Assembly: GCA_944372465.1 (NCBI GenBank)
Contig: CALVZG010000031.1
Location: forward strand, 3,410-67,409
DNA length: 64,000 bases
Source: an uncultured Clostridia bacterium
Lineage (GTDB): Bacteria; Bacillota; Clostridia; Christensenellales; UBA1242
Reading direction: 5' to 3'
The notes under the pieces were generated by a model. That model saw nothing but the letters and a program-made list of their open reading frames with translations, did no database searches and had not been told where the DNA came from. A program made the position numbers and the translations under genes. This document shows positions 17,053 to 27,012 of the stretch, piece by piece (the first letter of the stretch is position 1; each line of letters opens with the position of its first letter).

Positions 17053-18477
17053 ATGTCTTATTTTAATGTTGAAAATAAAATTGAAGAGGTAAAAACGACT
17101 TTAAATGAAAGCATTGATTTTTCTAGTCGAATTTTCAAAAAAAATAGTCAGGAATTAGGTTTTTTGTATTTAAAAAGCATAATTGACCAACAACTTTTTT
17201 CGTCAGCTATATATTTCCCATTACAAATGTTTGATAATAAAATAACAATAGAAAATTTGCAAAATGACATTTTAAAATGTGTGGATATAAAAGAAGTTAC
17301 AAAAAAAGAAATTATTAAAGAAATATTAGATGGAAGAGTTATTATCATAACAAATTTTTCAAACAAAGTTTTGTCTATAGATTTATTAAAATTCCCAACT
17401 AGAACACCAACAGAGCCTCCAACATCTCCAGTAATACAAGGTCCAAGAGAAGGCTTTGTTGAAGATATGCAGACAAATGTTACTTTATTAAGAAGAAGAC
17501 TAAAAACTCAAGATTTAGTAATAGATGTATTGAGGGTGGGTTCACAAACTCAAACAAAAGTATGTGTAACATATTTAAAAGGCATTGCTAATAAAAAAAT
17601 AGTAAAAGAAATAAAAGATAATATAAGCAAAATAAAAATAGATGGGATTTTAGACTCTTACAATATTTTATCCTTTCTAGAGAAAAAACCGGGTTCTTTA
17701 TTTAAACAAATAGGAAATACCGAGAAACCAGACATTGTAGTATCAAAAATGTTAGAAGGCAAGGTTGCAATAATTGTAGACAACTCGCCAATAGTTTTAA
17801 CAGTTCCATTTGTCTTTATAGAAGATTTGCAAAACAGTAATGATTACTATACAAATCATCATTATTCAAGTTTTGTTAGAATTATAAGATTATTAGGATT
17901 ACTTATAGCACTTATTGCACCCGGTTTTTATCTTGCTTTACAGTTATATCATTACAATATTTTGCCACTTAACTTTCTGATAACAATAGCAGACACAACG
18001 CAGGGATTGCCGTTTACGCCATTTTTAGAGATATTATTTATATTTTTGTTATTTCAAATATTATATGAAGTAAGTTTGCGTTTACCAAGTTATTTAGGAC
18101 TTGCTACTTCGGTAGTGGGAGCATTAATTTTAGGTGATACAGGTGTAAAAGCGGGTTTAATATCTCCACCGGGAGTAATAATAGTTGCTCTATCAAAGAT
18201 TGCACTTTATACCATACCAGAGCAAGCACCACAAATTACAGTTTTACAATTAGTATTCATTATTTTAGGAGGCTCTTTAGGTCTAATAGGTTTAATATCA
18301 GGATTAGTTTACATTATAAACTATCTCAACAATTTTGATAGTTATCATACTCCGTATTTGGCGCCATATTCTCCAAGAATACCTCAAGATTTAAAAGATG
18401 CAATATTTATGGACCCAATATATAATAAAAGACAACGGCCTAAATCTTTTAGTCCAGAAAAAGAGGAGAGAGTATGA
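17053..18477 (+). CDS. spore germination protein, GerA-family A subunit
   Basis: 474 aa. GRVIIITN..., GKVAIIVDNSPIVLTVPFVF and a C-terminal multi-TM region typical of GerAA/GerKA. AAAGGAG RBS. ATGA overlap with the next gene. Confidence 0.85.
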   Translation: MSYFNVENKIEEVKTTLNESIDFSSRIFKKNSQELGFLYLKSIIDQQLFSSAIYFPLQMFDNKITIENLQNDILKCVDIKEVTKKEIIKEILDGRVIIITNFSNKVLSIDLLKFPTRTPTEPPTSPVIQGPREGFVEDMQTNVTLLRRRLKTQDLVIDVLRVGSQTQTKVCVTYLKGIANKKIVKEIKDNISKIKIDGILDSYNILSFLEKKPGSLFKQIGNTEKPDIVVSKMLEGKVAIIVDNSPIVLTVPFVFIEDLQNSNDYYTNHHYSSFVRIIRLLGLLIALIAPGFYLALQLYHYNILPLNFLITIADTTQGLPFTPFLEILFIFLLFQILYEVSLRLPSYLGLATSVVGALILGDTGVKAGLISPPGVIIVALSKIALYTIPEQAPQITVLQLVFIILGGSLGLIGLISGLVYIINYLNNFDSYHTPYLAPYSPRIPQDLKDAIFMDPIYNKRQRPKSFSPEKEERV

Positions 18478-19568
18478 AAAGAATAAATGCCAGACAATGT
18501 GGAGTTTTAATTGTAATGTGTATTTTTGCAAACAAAATATTACTTTTACCATCACTAATGTTTGAAAAGACTTCAGCAGATTCTATTTTTGTTTTAATAA
18601 CTCTTTTTTTGCTAGATTTAGCAATACTTCCAATTTTTATTAAGTTAAAAGAATTATATCCTGATAAAAAATTTTATGACATTTTAAAAGAGAAATTAGG
18701 AATAATAATAACAAAGATAATCTATTTTGCATTACTATTTTTCTTCTTTTTTAAATGTTTGTTGGTATTTTCTATAACTTATGTATATTTTAAACAACAA
18801 ATATACCAAGATGAATTTATATTTATGGCGTTAATAGCATTTTTACCAGTAATAAATCATGCAGTTTTAAGTGGAGTGCGTGCTTTTTCGCGTACAATAG
18901 AAATGTTTTTTGGAATAGTAATAGCAGGGTTTATAGTTTGTCTTGTTATATCATTATTTACACCAATATCATCTCCATATTTTTTTGTAACAAGTGGAAA
19001 AGATTTTTTTCTATCACTTTATGACCATATATTTGCATTTGGAGATTTTATTATTTTGTTTTTGATAATGGATAAAATAGAGTTAAAAAAAGAACAAACT
19101 AAACAACTTTTTTTGTATTCAATATTTGGTATAGTTTTGGTAGTTATTTTATTTTATTTATTTTATGCGAAATATCAAATAACAGCATTTATGCACAACA
19201 ACGCACTTGCAGATTTACTAGTATTTTCAGTCCAATTTAATGCAATAGGAAGACTAGATATTATAGCAATGTTAACAATAATGTTTATAACGCTTTTCCA
19301 AATGGAGATATTTAATTATGCTTTTTGTGATTGTTTTGTCAATATTTTCCCACTTTTAAATAAGAATTATTCAATAGTAGTTTTTGATATAGTCTTTTGT
19401 ATATCATATTATGTATTTATAGGAAAATATGAAACAATGGTAACATCAACACTTTTTTGGTTGCCATATTTAGCAATAATTATAAATTATGTTTTGCCAA
19501 TAATAGTGCTAGTAATAATAGGAATTGTAAGGAGGAAAATTGAAAAAAAAGATAAAAATATTAATTAA
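18474..19568 (+). CDS. spore germination protein, GerA-family B subunit (APC-type permease)
   Basis: 364 aa and polytopic (about 10 TM). N-terminus INARQCGVLIVMCIF resembles GerAB/SpoVAF-type permeases. Translationally coupled inside the A-B-C operon. Confidence 0.8.
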   Translation: MKRINARQCGVLIVMCIFANKILLLPSLMFEKTSADSIFVLITLFLLDLAILPIFIKLKELYPDKKFYDILKEKLGIIITKIIYFALLFFFFFKCLLVFSITYVYFKQQIYQDEFIFMALIAFLPVINHAVLSGVRAFSRTIEMFFGIVIAGFIVCLVISLFTPISSPYFFVTSGKDFFLSLYDHIFAFGDFIILFLIMDKIELKKEQTKQLFLYSIFGIVLVVILFYLFYAKYQITAFMHNNALADLLVFSVQFNAIGRLDIIAMLTIMFITLFQMEIFNYAFCDCFVNIFPLLNKNYSIVVFDIVFCISYYVFIGKYETMVTSTLFWLPYLAIIINYVLPIIVLVIIGIVRRKIEKKDKNIN

Positions 19569-20811
19569 AATGCCAATGATGATAGTATTTATTATAATAT
19601 TGTTATTTTTCACCCCTTTTGCGATATATTCACCCGGCGAAAATAGAAATAGAGGCGTAGTAACTGCACTTGGTATAGATAAGATAGATAATCAATATGA
19701 GATATCGTTATTAACATTTATCCCAACTGCTAATCAGTCTTATCGAGAAAAGAGTTCGGTTATATCTGGGAAAGGGGATTCTGTCGCAGAAGCAGTTTAT
19801 AACGCACAAATAGCAATGGGGCGTTCGGTAGGGCTTTCTCATGCAAAAACGACAGTGGTCAATGAGAATTTATTAGAGGAAGATGTAGCCTCAACCATTG
19901 ATTATTTAAGTAGAATAGCATCACTCCCAGAAAATACCGTTTTTGTATGTACAAATAAGACAGCAAAAGAGATGTTAGAAAATTCACAAGATTTAGTAAA
20001 TAATTTAGGATTAAAATTAGAACAAATTATAGCATATAATGCAAATAACCTATATGTAACAGATACTTCATTAGAGGCATTTTATAAGGGTTATTTTAGC
20101 CCTATAAAATCATCACTTATAGGATATCTAACTATAGAGGATGTAGACAACAACTCATCTAATTCTGATATAAGCAGTATTCAAAATTCAGGTGGAGATC
20201 AAAAACAAGCAAATAATGGAAGCAGTGGTGATAATAGTTCATCATCAAATAGTGGGACTAAAAAGCGTATAGTAAATCAAGGACAAGCAGTACTTTTAAA
20301 AGAAGGGAAAAAAGTGGCTTTGCTTGACATAGACCAACTAAATGGTATCAATATTTTAAACCCTAAATCTATAAATCAAATAATAAAGATTGAAAATGTA
20401 GAAAAAGATGGACAAAATTTAAGTTTAGAATACAAAATCAAGACAAAAAAGACTTTGATATCAACGAAATTTGAAAATGGATATCCAATATTCATAGCAC
20501 AACTAATATTAGGTTTAGAATTAGTAGAAATAAATGGCGAAGAAGAGGCTTTAAAAGTAAATACAGAGTTTAGCGAAATTAATGAAGAAATAGCGGGAAA
20601 AATTGAAGAGCAAATAAAAAAACAATTTACTCAATCAATAAATATATTAAGAGAATGTGATGCAGATGTTTTAGGAATAGGACGAGAATTTTTCTTTAAT
20701 AATAGAAAAGAATTTATAGAGTTTATCAATATGCTAGGAGGCAAGGAAAATGTCGATAAATTTTTAGACCATGTAACATTTAAGTTAAATATGGTAATTC
20801 AACCTGACTAA
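19540..20811 (+). CDS. Ger(x)C-family germination protein (C subunit), apparently without lipobox Cys
   Basis: 423 aa. TTG start 4 nt after GGAGG, with an alternative ATG at 19570. VTALGIDK motif of GerAC proteins. No cysteine in the N-terminal hydrophobic segment. S/N/G-rich insert (NSSNSDISSIQNSGGDQKQANNGSSGDNSSSSNSG). Confidence 0.75.
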   Translation: MKKKIKILIKMPMMIVFIIILLFFTPFAIYSPGENRNRGVVTALGIDKIDNQYEISLLTFIPTANQSYREKSSVISGKGDSVAEAVYNAQIAMGRSVGLSHAKTTVVNENLLEEDVASTIDYLSRIASLPENTVFVCTNKTAKEMLENSQDLVNNLGLKLEQIIAYNANNLYVTDTSLEAFYKGYFSPIKSSLIGYLTIEDVDNNSSNSDISSIQNSGGDQKQANNGSSGDNSSSSNSGTKKRIVNQGQAVLLKEGKKVALLDIDQLNGINILNPKSINQIIKIENVEKDGQNLSLEYKIKTKKTLISTKFENGYPIFIAQLILGLELVEINGEEEALKVNTEFSEINEEIAGKIEEQIKKQFTQSINILRECDADVLGIGREFFFNNRKEFIEFINMLGGKENVDKFLDHVTFKLNMVIQPD

Positions 20812-20867
20812 AAATGTCGTAAAAAGTAGATAAATAAAAAAAATCTTTAAAAAGCCCCCTTAATTTG

Positions 20868-20896
20868 TTGTGTAAAATAAAAAATTATGATACAAT
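20868..20896 (+). promoter_or_regulatory. candidate extended -10 promoter for ftsH
   Basis: TTGTGT, 17 nt, then TGA-TACAAT. Leaves a leader of about 115 nt. Confidence 0.4.
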
Positions 20897-21015
20897 ATCT
20901 TGAGTCATTGATACTAGAAAAAATGAAAGGTGTCATGCAAATAAATATGAATAAAGAACATAAATTGGTTATAAAACAAATTTAAAAAAATTAAGGACAA
21001 AAATAAGGAGGCAAT

Positions 21016-23352
21016 GTGAACGAACCAAAATCAAAATTTAGATGGTCATATTTAATAGCCCTATTGTTAGTAGTATTTTTGTTAGTAATAGTTTTTACTA
21101 ATAATGGTTACAAAGGGGAAAAAATCACTGGCGGAGCAACTGAAGTTCAAGAATTAGTAGATGGAAGATACAACGCAAATAAAGAAAATAAATGGGAGAA
21201 AGTTGTAGCGGTTTATTATACAACTGATACAATGTATTTCTTAATTGAAGATTCAAAATATCAAGGAAGATTTCCTAAATATTCAGATTACTATATAAAT
21301 TATATAACTGAAGATGAACTTACAGAATTAAGAGATATAATTAACACCTACAATAATGACCCAACTCATACTGAAAAAATAGCAGTAGATGTTGCAGTTC
21401 AAGGAATAAATGCTTGGGATATAATTTATCCTATACTATATATTGCGTTTGGACTATTCCTAGTATTTATGATATTTAGATTATTAAATAGCACTAATAA
21501 AGGAGCAATGAGTTTTGGTAAATCAAGAGCCAAAGCATACACAACAAGCAAAGTAAGATTTAGTGATATAGCAGGAACAGAGGAAGAAAAAGAAGAATTA
21601 AAAGAGATAGTAGAATTTTTAAAAGCACCAAAGAAATTTACTGACCTAGGTGCAAGAATACCAAAAGGCGTATTGCTAGTAGGTTATCCAGGAACGGGTA
21701 AAACATTACTTGCAAGAGCAGTTGCAGGCGAAGCAAATGTGCCATTCATTTCTATAAGTGGTTCAGACTTTGTAGAAATGTTTGTAGGTGTAGGTGCATC
21801 AAGAGTAAGAGATTTATTTGACCAGGCAAAGAAGAATAAACCTTGTATAGTTTTCATTGATGAAATAGATGCAGTTGGTCGTCAAAGAGGTGCAGGTTTA
21901 GGTGGCGGCAATGATGAAAGAGAGCAAACATTAAATCAATTATTAGTAGAGATGGATGGATTTGAGTCAAATGAAGGAATAATTGTTTTAGCAGCAACCA
22001 ATAGAGCAGATATTCTTGACCCTGCACTCATGCGTCCGGGCAGATTTGATAGACAAATTTATGTAAATGTTCCAGATGTAAAAGGCAGAGAAGGAATACT
22101 TAGAATTCATGCAAGAAATAAACCAATAGATGAAAATGTAGATTTTAAAACACTTGCTAAAATAACAGTTGGATTTACAGGTGCAGATATAGAAAATATG
22201 CTCAATGAGGCAGCAATATTAGCGGCAAGAGCCAATAGACCAAAAATCACTATGTCTGATATTACAGAAGGTATTAATAAGGTTATGATGGGGCCACAAA
22301 AGAAGAGTAGGCTTGTAACCGAACGCGATAAAAAAATAACCGCATATCATGAGTCAGGCCATGCAATTCTTGCAAAGAAACTTGAAAATACTGATGAAGT
22401 TCAAGAAGTATCAATAATACCAAGAGGTATGGCAGGTGGATATACAATGCAAAGACCTGAAAATGACAATTCTTATAGAACTTATAACTACTTAATGGAC
22501 GAAATTTGTGTGTGCATGGGTGGTAGAATTGCCGAAGAATTAATATTTAAAGACATTTCTACAGGAGCATCAAATGATATCTCTCAAGCAACTAAAATTG
22601 CTCATAACATGGTATATAATTGGGGAATGAGTAAGAATTTAGGATTTTTAAGCCTTGATAGTTCAGAACAAGTATTTATAGGAAGAGATTATCAAACAAA
22701 AAATGATTTTTCAGAGAAGTTAGCAGCAGAAGCAGATGACGAAGTAAGAGCAATTTTAGATTACAATTACAAACGAGCAAAGAAACTTTTAACTGAAAAT
22801 GTAAAACTTCTTGATGAAATGGCTAAACTTTTACTCGATAAGGAAACTATTAATAAAGATGAAGTTGATATGCTTGTCGAAGGAAAGTTAGCAGAAGAAA
22901 TTTCAAAAATTATGGAAGAGCGTGAAAGAAAACAACACGAAAAAGAAGAAAAATTTAGAAAAGAGCAAGCAGAAAAAGAACGCCTAGCGATTTTAGAAAG
23001 AAAATTGGCAGAGGGTAAAAAATTGCTTGAAAGTGGAGTTATTACTCAAGAAGATTACAACGCAATTGAAAAAGTTTATCAAGAAAATGTCAAAAATAGC
23101 AATACATCAAATACAAAAGAAACAAATGACCAAAACGATAGTGATGACAATAGTGTAAATGTTGTAATAAATCAAGGTGTAACTTTACTTGATAATCAAG
23201 ATAAAACAAATGACCAAATTAAAGATGACCAAAGTATAGAAACACAGCAAGATGACAATAAAACTAATGATGTAGAAAAATCAAAAAATAATGAAGAAAA
23301 TAAAAGCACTAAACAAGAAAAGACCAAAAAAAGTAATAAAAAAGGGGAGTAA
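21016..23352 (+). CDS. ftsH: ATP-dependent zinc metalloprotease FtsH with long low-complexity C-terminal tail
   Basis: 778 aa. GTG start after AAGGAGG. Walker [19 protein letters not shown], Walker [10 protein letters not shown], the SRH region, and zinc site HESGHA. The last approx. 170 aa are K/E/N/D-rich. Confidence 0.95.
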   Translation: MNEPKSKFRWSYLIALLLVVFLLVIVFTNNGYKGEKITGGATEVQELVDGRYNANKENKWEKVVAVYYTTDTMYFLIEDSKYQGRFPKYSDYYINYITEDELTELRDIINTYNNDPTHTEKIAVDVAVQGINAWDIIYPILYIAFGLFLVFMIFRLLNSTNKGAMSFGKSRAKAYTTSKVRFSDIAGTEEEKEELKEIVEFLKAPKKFTDLGARIPKGVLLVGYPGTGKTLLARAVAGEANVPFISISGSDFVEMFVGVGASRVRDLFDQAKKNKPCIVFIDEIDAVGRQRGAGLGGGNDEREQTLNQLLVEMDGFESNEGIIVLAATNRADILDPALMRPGRFDRQIYVNVPDVKGREGILRIHARNKPIDENVDFKTLAKITVGFTGADIENMLNEAAILAARANRPKITMSDITEGINKVMMGPQKKSRLVTERDKKITAYHESGHAILAKKLENTDEVQEVSIIPRGMAGGYTMQRPENDNSYRTYNYLMDEICVCMGGRIAEELIFKDISTGASNDISQATKIAHNMVYNWGMSKNLGFLSLDSSEQVFIGRDYQTKNDFSEKLAAEADDEVRAILDYNYKRAKKLLTENVKLLDEMAKLLLDKETINKDEVDMLVEGKLAEEISKIMEERERKQHEKEEKFRKEQAEKERLAILERKLAEGKKLLESGVITQEDYNAIEKVYQENVKNSNTSNTKETNDQNDSDDNSVNVVINQGVTLLDNQDKTNDQIKDDQSIETQQDDNKTNDVEKSKNNEENKSTKQEKTKKSNKKGE

Positions 23353-23357
23353 ACTAG

Positions 23358-24041
23358 ATGGAAGAAACTAAACAATCGCAAGATGTAGATGCAGTTTTAA
23401 GCACAGTTAGTGATGAATACTTAAGAAAGAAAAAGCGAAATAAGAAGATTACGGTATCAATTATTTCAGCGGTTATATTGGCTTTAGTTATTGTAATAAT
23501 CACACTTGCTTGTATAAGAATTGATTTAAAACCATATTTTATCTCTCAACCAACAAATATTCAAGTATATACAAATGATAATTTGACTTTTACTCCTAAC
23601 GATGATAACAATGAAGAGTTTTTTAATATTTATGAAGATTCTTTTTACTCCACAATATTGACAGCAATGTTTACTGGGAATTTAGGAAAGTATGAAATAG
23701 TTGAAGGTCCAACTGAAGCGTTTTATTCAGATGCGACAAATAGACAGGGAATGAGCAGTGTATTAAAAAGTTATCTAGGTTCAAACTATGTTCACCTTTT
23801 CTATGCACAAGAGCAAAAATTATATAACGCCGATGGAAGCATATATCATTCAAATAGAAATTCAAATCAATATGAATTTTCTTATCAAGATGTATACTTT
23901 AATATAACAAATGAAAACGCAGAACATGATTTAACTTTCTATTTTGGTGCATATTATGGTTCATCTACTCCTAAAATCATATCAATTACAGTTAGAGCAA
24001 ACACCTACGCAATCTATGATTATGTAGTAAACGACAAATAA
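23358..24041 (+). CDS. hypothetical single-pass membrane protein
   Basis: 227 aa. GGGGAG RBS. A basic stretch then a TM (ITVSIISAVILALVIVIITLACI). Starts 5 nt after the ftsH stop, so it is probably co-transcribed. Confidence 0.5.
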   Translation: MEETKQSQDVDAVLSTVSDEYLRKKKRNKKITVSIISAVILALVIVIITLACIRIDLKPYFISQPTNIQVYTNDNLTFTPNDDNNEEFFNIYEDSFYSTILTAMFTGNLGKYEIVEGPTEAFYSDATNRQGMSSVLKSYLGSNYVHLFYAQEQKLYNADGSIYHSNRNSNQYEFSYQDVYFNITNENAEHDLTFYFGAYYGSSTPKIISITVRANTYAIYDYVVNDK

Positions 24042-24057
24042 TTTATATTTAATAAAA

Positions 24058-24086
24058 AAGATTGAGATACACTCAATCTTTTTTTA
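24058..24086. terminator. bidirectional terminator
   Basis: Stem AAGATTGAG / CTCAATCTT with 5-nt loop, flanked by an A-run and a T-run. Lies between convergent genes. Confidence 0.7.
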
Positions 24087-24173
24087 CTTTATTATTATTT
24101 TAAGAAAATGATAAATTTTGATACTTTTTATTAAATTCAAAATTATATCATTGATTATTATTGTTTTTGCCTA

Positions 24174-26774
24174 TTACTGTTTTTGTAACAAACTTATAAC
24201 CTTGTCCCTTAATTTATCAATACGCTTTTGATTAAATTTAATTAACAAAATCAATATCACAGAAACAATCATAATAGCGAAGAATGTTATAAGGACGGTA
24301 AATGAACTTGATGATATTGAGAAGAATTTAGGAAGTGCAATAATAGTACCTGTAATACAAATTAATGATATGCCCAGCGTTAAAGCTTTTAAAAGGGTGA
24401 ACGGTATACAAAGAGTGCTAAGATTTAGAAAACCTGTATAAGTTAGAACTAAAACGCAAAGTGTTTTATATTCTTCATCATTAAGAATGATTGTTCCGTT
24501 TGCAGAACTATTTAAAGCAATGACTATAAGAACATTTATAAGTAAAAGTAATGCTCTAGGCAATGAACGCTTTAAAACTTGAGGAATAAAGTTGCCTCTT
24601 ATTGGTTTAGTGTTAGGTTCAAAAGTAAGAAGAAAAGAAGGCACACCAATTACGAAAGCTTCTAGAAGCATCATCATGCTTGGTCTAAAAGGATAAGAAA
24701 TTTGCAAGAAAAGTGTGATAACAGTAAGAATGATTGCAAAGAATGTTTTCATTAGAAATAGTGAAGATGAATTTTGGACATTATTTACGACCTGCCTGCC
24801 TTCCTTAACGACAGAAGGAAGTGAAGAAAAATTTGATTCAAGAAGGACAAGTTTTGATATGTTTCTTGCGACTTCGCTACCATCAGCCATTGCAATAGAG
24901 CAATCGGCTTCTTTCAATGCTAAAGTGTCATTTACTCCATCACCTGTCATAGCAACAACTTTACCTTTATTTTTTAATGCTTTTATTATTGTATATTTTT
25001 GTTCAGGAGTAACTCTTCCAAAAACTGTAAATTGGTCAGCCATTTGTTCAACTTCTTTTAAACTAAAGTTTTCAAGAGAAACAAATTTATCACTGTGTTC
25101 AACACCGACTCTTTGAGCAATCTTTGAAACGGTAGCGGGGTCATCACCAGAAATAATTTTAATTTCCACGCCATTATCTTTAAACCATTGTATAGTTTCA
25201 ATAGCATCTTCTCGAATATGTTCTTCAATAACAATAAGTGCAAGTAAAGTAGAGTTTTTGCCTGTCATATTTTTATCAAATTTTTCACTAGATTCGCTAA
25301 GTGCAAGAACTCTCAATCCTTTATTTTGTTGTTCTTTTATAAAATCTAATTGTTGTTGACTTAATTTGCAACCGATACGAGTCGCAGCACCTAGAAAATA
25401 TACTTTTTTATTAGAAAGATGAGTTATTGAATATTTTCTTTCAGAAGAGAACTCTACAATATCAAGAGCAGTAAATTCGTCATTTCTGCCAAATTCCTTA
25501 ATCATAGCACTAGAAGTTGCGTTTATAGTTTTTTGAACATTTAAAATATTAGATAATATTTTTTTAATGCTAGTTTTTCGTTTGGTAGAATAAGACATAA
25601 AATCAACAACATTCATAGTTCCGTCAGTAATAGTTCCTGTTTTATCAAGACACAATACATTAGTTCTAGCAAGCATTTCAATAGAATATAAATCTCGAAC
25701 CAAAGTCTTTTTTCTTGCAAGTTTGATTACGCCAATCGCAAGAGCAATAGTTACAAGAAGAAACATTCCAGCAGGAATCATACTAGTAAGTGCACCACTT
25801 GTATTAGTTACTTGGTCTTTTAAAGTAGAACCAGTTTGGGTATATTCTTTTAAAAAAGTAAGAATACCAATAGGAACAAGAGCAATACCAATATATTTAA
25901 TAAGTCTATTTAAGTCTTTGAATAGGTTGGATTGTGGGGCCTTAAATTCTTTTGCTTTTTTCGCCATTTGATAGATATAATTGTCTTTACCAATCTTGTC
26001 GACTTTAGCATAACATTGACCAGATACTATAAAACTACCAGATAGAAGGGGTGCATTAATAGTTTTTTCAATAGCGTTAGATTCGCCAGTAAGCAAACTT
26101 TCATTAACTTCTACACTACCATCTACTATAACACAATCAGAAGGTATTTGATTTCCATTAGATAGAATAATAATATCATCAAGAAGAAGTTGGTCGCTAG
26201 GCAATTCAATGATTTTTCCATCACGCATTGTTTTAACAAGTGGAGCAGTAACAATAGATAACTTTTCTATAGTAATTTTTGCTCTTATTTCTTGAATAAT
26301 GGCAATAGCAGTGTTAGCAATAATAACAAAGATAAAAATTAAATCACTATAAGAACCAACGGCAATCAAAGCAACTGCGATAATTAGCCAAAGCATATTG
26401 AAAAAAGTAAATATATTTTTAGCAAAAATTGACCAATAAGATTTACTTGATTTAACTTTAGTTTTATTCACAAGGTTATCTAGTTTTCTTTTTTCCACCT
26501 GTTCAGAATTTAAACCAATTTTAAAATCGACATCATATCTTTCTACATTTTCAGGAACTGCAGGGATATCTTCATCTGCTTTTTTCTTTGACATATTTAA
26601 AGTGAAAGATTTTTTTAATCTTTCTAAAAATCCCATATTATTTTCATAACCTTGCAAAGTATAAAAAAGAATAGAAGGTCCATAAGTTGCAGAACTTCTT
26701 TTATACTCATAATTTTGTTTTAAAAGAGCATTACAATTTATTTTTGAATCTATATTATTTTTCTTTGATTTCAT
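24174..26774 (-). CDS. cation-translocating P-type ATPase (P2-like, Ca2+/Mg2+ class)
   Basis: 866 aa. Phosphorylation motif CLDKTGTITDG, TGES, hinge MTGDGVNDTLALKEAD, and about 10 TM helices. The N-terminal approx. 45 aa are unconvincing, so the start may be an internal Met. Confidence 0.85.
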   Translation of the reverse strand: MKSKKNNIDSKINCNALLKQNYEYKRSSATYGPSILFYTLQGYENNMGFLERLKKSFTLNMSKKKADEDIPAVPENVERYDVDFKIGLNSEQVEKRKLDNLVNKTKVKSSKSYWSIFAKNIFTFFNMLWLIIAVALIAVGSYSDLIFIFVIIANTAIAIIQEIRAKITIEKLSIVTAPLVKTMRDGKIIELPSDQLLLDDIIILSNGNQIPSDCVIVDGSVEVNESLLTGESNAIEKTINAPLLSGSFIVSGQCYAKVDKIGKDNYIYQMAKKAKEFKAPQSNLFKDLNRLIKYIGIALVPIGILTFLKEYTQTGSTLKDQVTNTSGALTSMIPAGMFLLVTIALAIGVIKLARKKTLVRDLYSIEMLARTNVLCLDKTGTITDGTMNVVDFMSYSTKRKTSIKKILSNILNVQKTINATSSAMIKEFGRNDEFTALDIVEFSSERKYSITHLSNKKVYFLGAATRIGCKLSQQQLDFIKEQQNKGLRVLALSESSEKFDKNMTGKNSTLLALIVIEEHIREDAIETIQWFKDNGVEIKIISGDDPATVSKIAQRVGVEHSDKFVSLENFSLKEVEQMADQFTVFGRVTPEQKYTIIKALKNKGKVVAMTGDGVNDTLALKEADCSIAMADGSEVARNISKLVLLESNFSSLPSVVKEGRQVVNNVQNSSSLFLMKTFFAIILTVITLFLQISYPFRPSMMMLLEAFVIGVPSFLLTFEPNTKPIRGNFIPQVLKRSLPRALLLLINVLIVIALNSSANGTIILNDEEYKTLCVLVLTYTGFLNLSTLCIPFTLLKALTLGISLICITGTIIALPKFFSISSSSFTVLITFFAIMIVSVILILLIKFNQKRIDKLRDKVISLLQKQ

Positions 26775-26786
26775 TTTTTCGTATTA

Positions 26787-26816
26787 ATTATATATTATTT
26801 ATTAACACCTTGTCAA
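26787..26816 (-). promoter_or_regulatory. near-consensus promoter for the P-type ATPase
   Basis: The minus strand reads TTGACA, 18 nt, then TATAAT. The -10 ends 13 nt before the annotated ATG at 26774. Confidence 0.5.
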
Positions 26817-26833
26817 CTTTATTACAAATAGAT

Positions 26834-26850
26834 TTGACAATGTTTGTCAA
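26834..26850. promoter_or_regulatory. 7-3-7 perfect palindrome TTGACAA-TGT-TTGTCAA (candidate operator)
   Basis: Lies in the divergent ATPase/cca intergenic region. A third TTGTCAA half-site sits at 26810-26816, overlapping the -35 of the ATPase promoter. Confidence 0.4.
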
Positions 26851-27012
26851 AAAAAGTATTCTATATAAATGGAAGAAGTTGTAACAAAAAATTTAATTAA
26901 TGAAAAACTAAATTTACAAACTTTGTTAATTTACATAAAAAATTGAAAATTAATATATAATTAAGTAAATTTCAAACTACTAAATTCTTTCAATTATAAA
27001 AAGGATAAAGAT

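Noticed and set aside
20926-20988. Short upstream ORF (MKGVMQINMNKEHKLVIKQI) in the ftsH leader
   Set aside because: It is 20 codons long with no convincing SD and has no recognisable peptide family. It is probably a chance ORF in the 5' UTR.
26687-26884. 65-aa plus-strand ORF from the track
   Set aside because: It overlaps the 5' end of the P-type ATPase gene and spans its promoter/operator region. It has a low-complexity F/L/Y/N-rich translation and no SD.
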